From a virus (lineage: Duplodnaviria > Caudoviricetes), in the IMG/VR virus record IMGVR_UViG_3300008261_000142, positions 1-57,729 of that record: a DNA stretch of 57,729 nucleotides; one strand, given 5' to 3'. A model generated the notes under the pieces. It was given only the letters and a program-made list of their open reading frames with translations. It did no database searches and had not been told where the DNA came from. Positions 56,197 through 57,729 of this stretch are shown here, piece after piece (within the stretch, counting starts at the first letter, position 1; every line of letters begins with the position of its first letter). The translations under genes and the position numbers were made by a program.

Positions 56197-56858
56197 GAGA
56201 GTACGGTGGTACCGTAGCAGTCTCCATGCGAGTCGTTTTTGGCGAGCTCGCAGGATCGTCTAGGATCGACGATGGGGTAGGGGGGGCTATGGTGGGCCGT
56301 CCCTGTTGCCGATCGTCGATCCTAGCCAATGCCAGGCCGTCTACAAGACAGCCTTATGGAGGGATTCGAGTCGGTTGTTGCTGTTCGCAGAGGATTATTT
56401 GCCTTTGCGGGCAGAAACCGTTTTTCATTGCCGTTCGGTAAGCCCTTGTGAAACCTGGCTTTGTGAGAGTCAGGTCGAAAAAGGGCACTTTTGGCAAAAA
56501 TCCGTTACGCGAGGAGACATTTTTTGTGGAGAAATCCTCACATTTCCTCTTTTCAGTCGGAAATGTTTGTGCCTTTTACGGCAACCCCACCAAAAACATC
56601 TCCCGCGTAAGGGGGATTTGGGCACCTCTTATTTTCATTTTCGAAGAAATCGATGCAAACCCCACGGTTTACAAGGACTTACGACGAGCAATAAAAAAGG
56701 GGTACTTCCAAAAATCGATCGGCCTTTGTTTACAAGGACTTACGTCAAAAGTAGGGAAATCTTCTTTGCCCGAAAAGGTAAATGAAACCCTGGGCAATAA
56801 CTAACTTCCAGTACTCTCGGTTCGGTCCCCGTTAGGGTCCTCGATTTGCGAAAGAGTA

Positions 56859-56901
56859 GCTTTCGGAAAAACTAAGTATGTCACCTAGTTTTTCCGAAAG
56901 C
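56859..56901. repeat. perfect 16-bp inverted repeat with 11-bp spacer
   Basis: GCTTTCGGAAAAACTA-N11-TAGTTTTTCCGAAAGC. Confidence 0.9.
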
Positions 56902-56926
56902 CGCTCCTTTTAGAGCGGTCGATCAG

Positions 56927-57136
56927 TCAGTCCTTCGGATTGACAGCGAACAATCGCTGGTCAACGTGGTCCATGAGGGACAGGATCTTGTCCTGCGCGT
57001 TGAAGAGGTCCTTGCGGATTTGGGAGACCTGGTCCACGAAATCGGAAGTCGACGGGCATGGCGTGACCATGATCGTCAGCTTCTGGATCGTGACCAGGTC
57101 GTCGTGCAGCATTTGCTGCAGTCGGATCGGGGTCAT
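56927..57136 (-). CDS. hypothetical protein downstream of HHR4
   Basis: AAGGAG RBS; MTPIRLQQ. Confidence 0.7.
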   Translation of the reverse strand: MTPIRLQQMLHDDLVTIQKLTIMVTPCPSTSDFVDQVSQIRKDLFNAQDKILSLMDHVDQRLFAVNPKD

Positions 57137-57150
57137 GTCTCTGTCTCCTT

Positions 57151-57205
57151 GCGGTTTCGTCCTTGGCTGGGACTCGTCAGTACGTGGCACCACCACGTAG
57201 ACCGC
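57151..57205 (-). ncRNA. type III hammerhead ribozyme HHR4
   Basis: GCGGUC^UACGUGG-UGGUG-CCACGUA CUGACGA GUCC-CAGCCAA-GGAC GAAACCGC. Confidence 0.93.
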
Positions 57206-57213
57206 GCTCGGCA

Positions 57214-57486
57214 TCAGTTCGCGGCGAGCGGAGCTGCGACGGCGATGTGCGCCTGGATGGCTTCGACAATCGACGGCAGGACATCCGCCTCGGTGCGCTT
57301 CACATAACGCTCAACGTCGCGCTCTTCAGCGTGGAACGTCTCGACGATGCGAACACGCCAACAGTCCTGGCTGCGCGCACACGACGCGAACGCGCAGAAG
57401 GTGCGGCTGTCGCTCGTCACAGCGTGCACGATGATCGTCGTGCCGTTGTAGAAATTGCTTTGCTTGATGCTGGTGATGTAGGACAT
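57214..57486 (-). CDS. hypothetical protein (likely first early gene)
   Basis: GGAGA RBS; MSYITSIK. Confidence 0.65.
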   Translation of the reverse strand: MSYITSIKQSNFYNGTTIIVHAVTSDSRTFCAFASCARSQDCWRVRIVETFHAEERDVERYVKRTEADVLPSIVEAIQAHIAVAAPLAAN

Positions 57487-57508
57487 ATCTCTCTCCGACG
57501 GCGAGGAC

Positions 57509-57552
57509 CAGTCCTCGGACCAGTCCTCCGTGCAGTCCTCGCGGCAGTCCTC
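57509..57552. repeat. CAGTCCTC x4 at 12-bp period
   Basis: Copies at 57509, 57521, 57533, 57545. Confidence 0.85.
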
Positions 57553-57615
57553 CTGGGCGAAGTGCCCAGGCGGATGTCGCAAATGTGTCGCAAAAATGTC
57601 ACAGATTTGTAACAT

Positions 57616-57729
57616 TTTTGTATTCCGGAAATCGAAGCCTCGATTTTCGGAATGTACCAGGTTTGTAACATTTCTGTCATTCCGGAAATCGATGCTTCGA
57701 TTTTCGAAATGTACCAGGTTTGTAACATT
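57616..57729. repeat. terminal direct repeat, right copy
   Basis: Identical to 1-114. Confidence 0.95.

Noticed and set aside
56306-56804. + strand ORFs of 159 and 118 aa
   Set aside because: Atypical composition, opposite to the operon direction, and overlapping repeat motifs
1-57729. Integrase, repressor, tRNA genes, purZ
   Set aside because: No recognisable motifs by eye; divergent versions cannot be excluded without searches

Overview
The window is an apparently complete, circularly assembled ~57.6 kb tailed (siphovirus-like) phage genome; bases 1-114 repeat as 57616-57729. It carries a TerL packaging block on the + strand and a long - strand virion operon: XkdF-like protease, lambda D/E-type capsid, RcGTA-like head spike base, two paralogous tail-tube genes, a -1 frameshifted tail chaperone, tape measure and a GTA-type tail tip. 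A divergent P2/PBSX-type portal operon follows. Next is a replication block (primase-helicase, PD-(D/E)XK nuclease, C5 methyltransferase, SNF2 helicase, PolA, dNMP kinase, RuvC-like), then an early region of small ORFs. The most striking signal is four near-perfect type III hammerhead ribozymes on the sense (-) strand of the early region. Two fill the entire gap between a stop codon and the next ATG, and one would cut inside an ORF, which suggests ribozyme-punctuated processing of the early mRNA. Other notable items are an overprinted two-polypeptide C5 methyltransferase, five SASA/SGNH esterase-like domains on three proteins, a Zn-finger plus sigma-region-2 protein and a u-spanin-like lipoprotein. 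I recognised no integrase, repressor, endolysin or tRNA. All family calls come from motif recognition by eye, not database searches.
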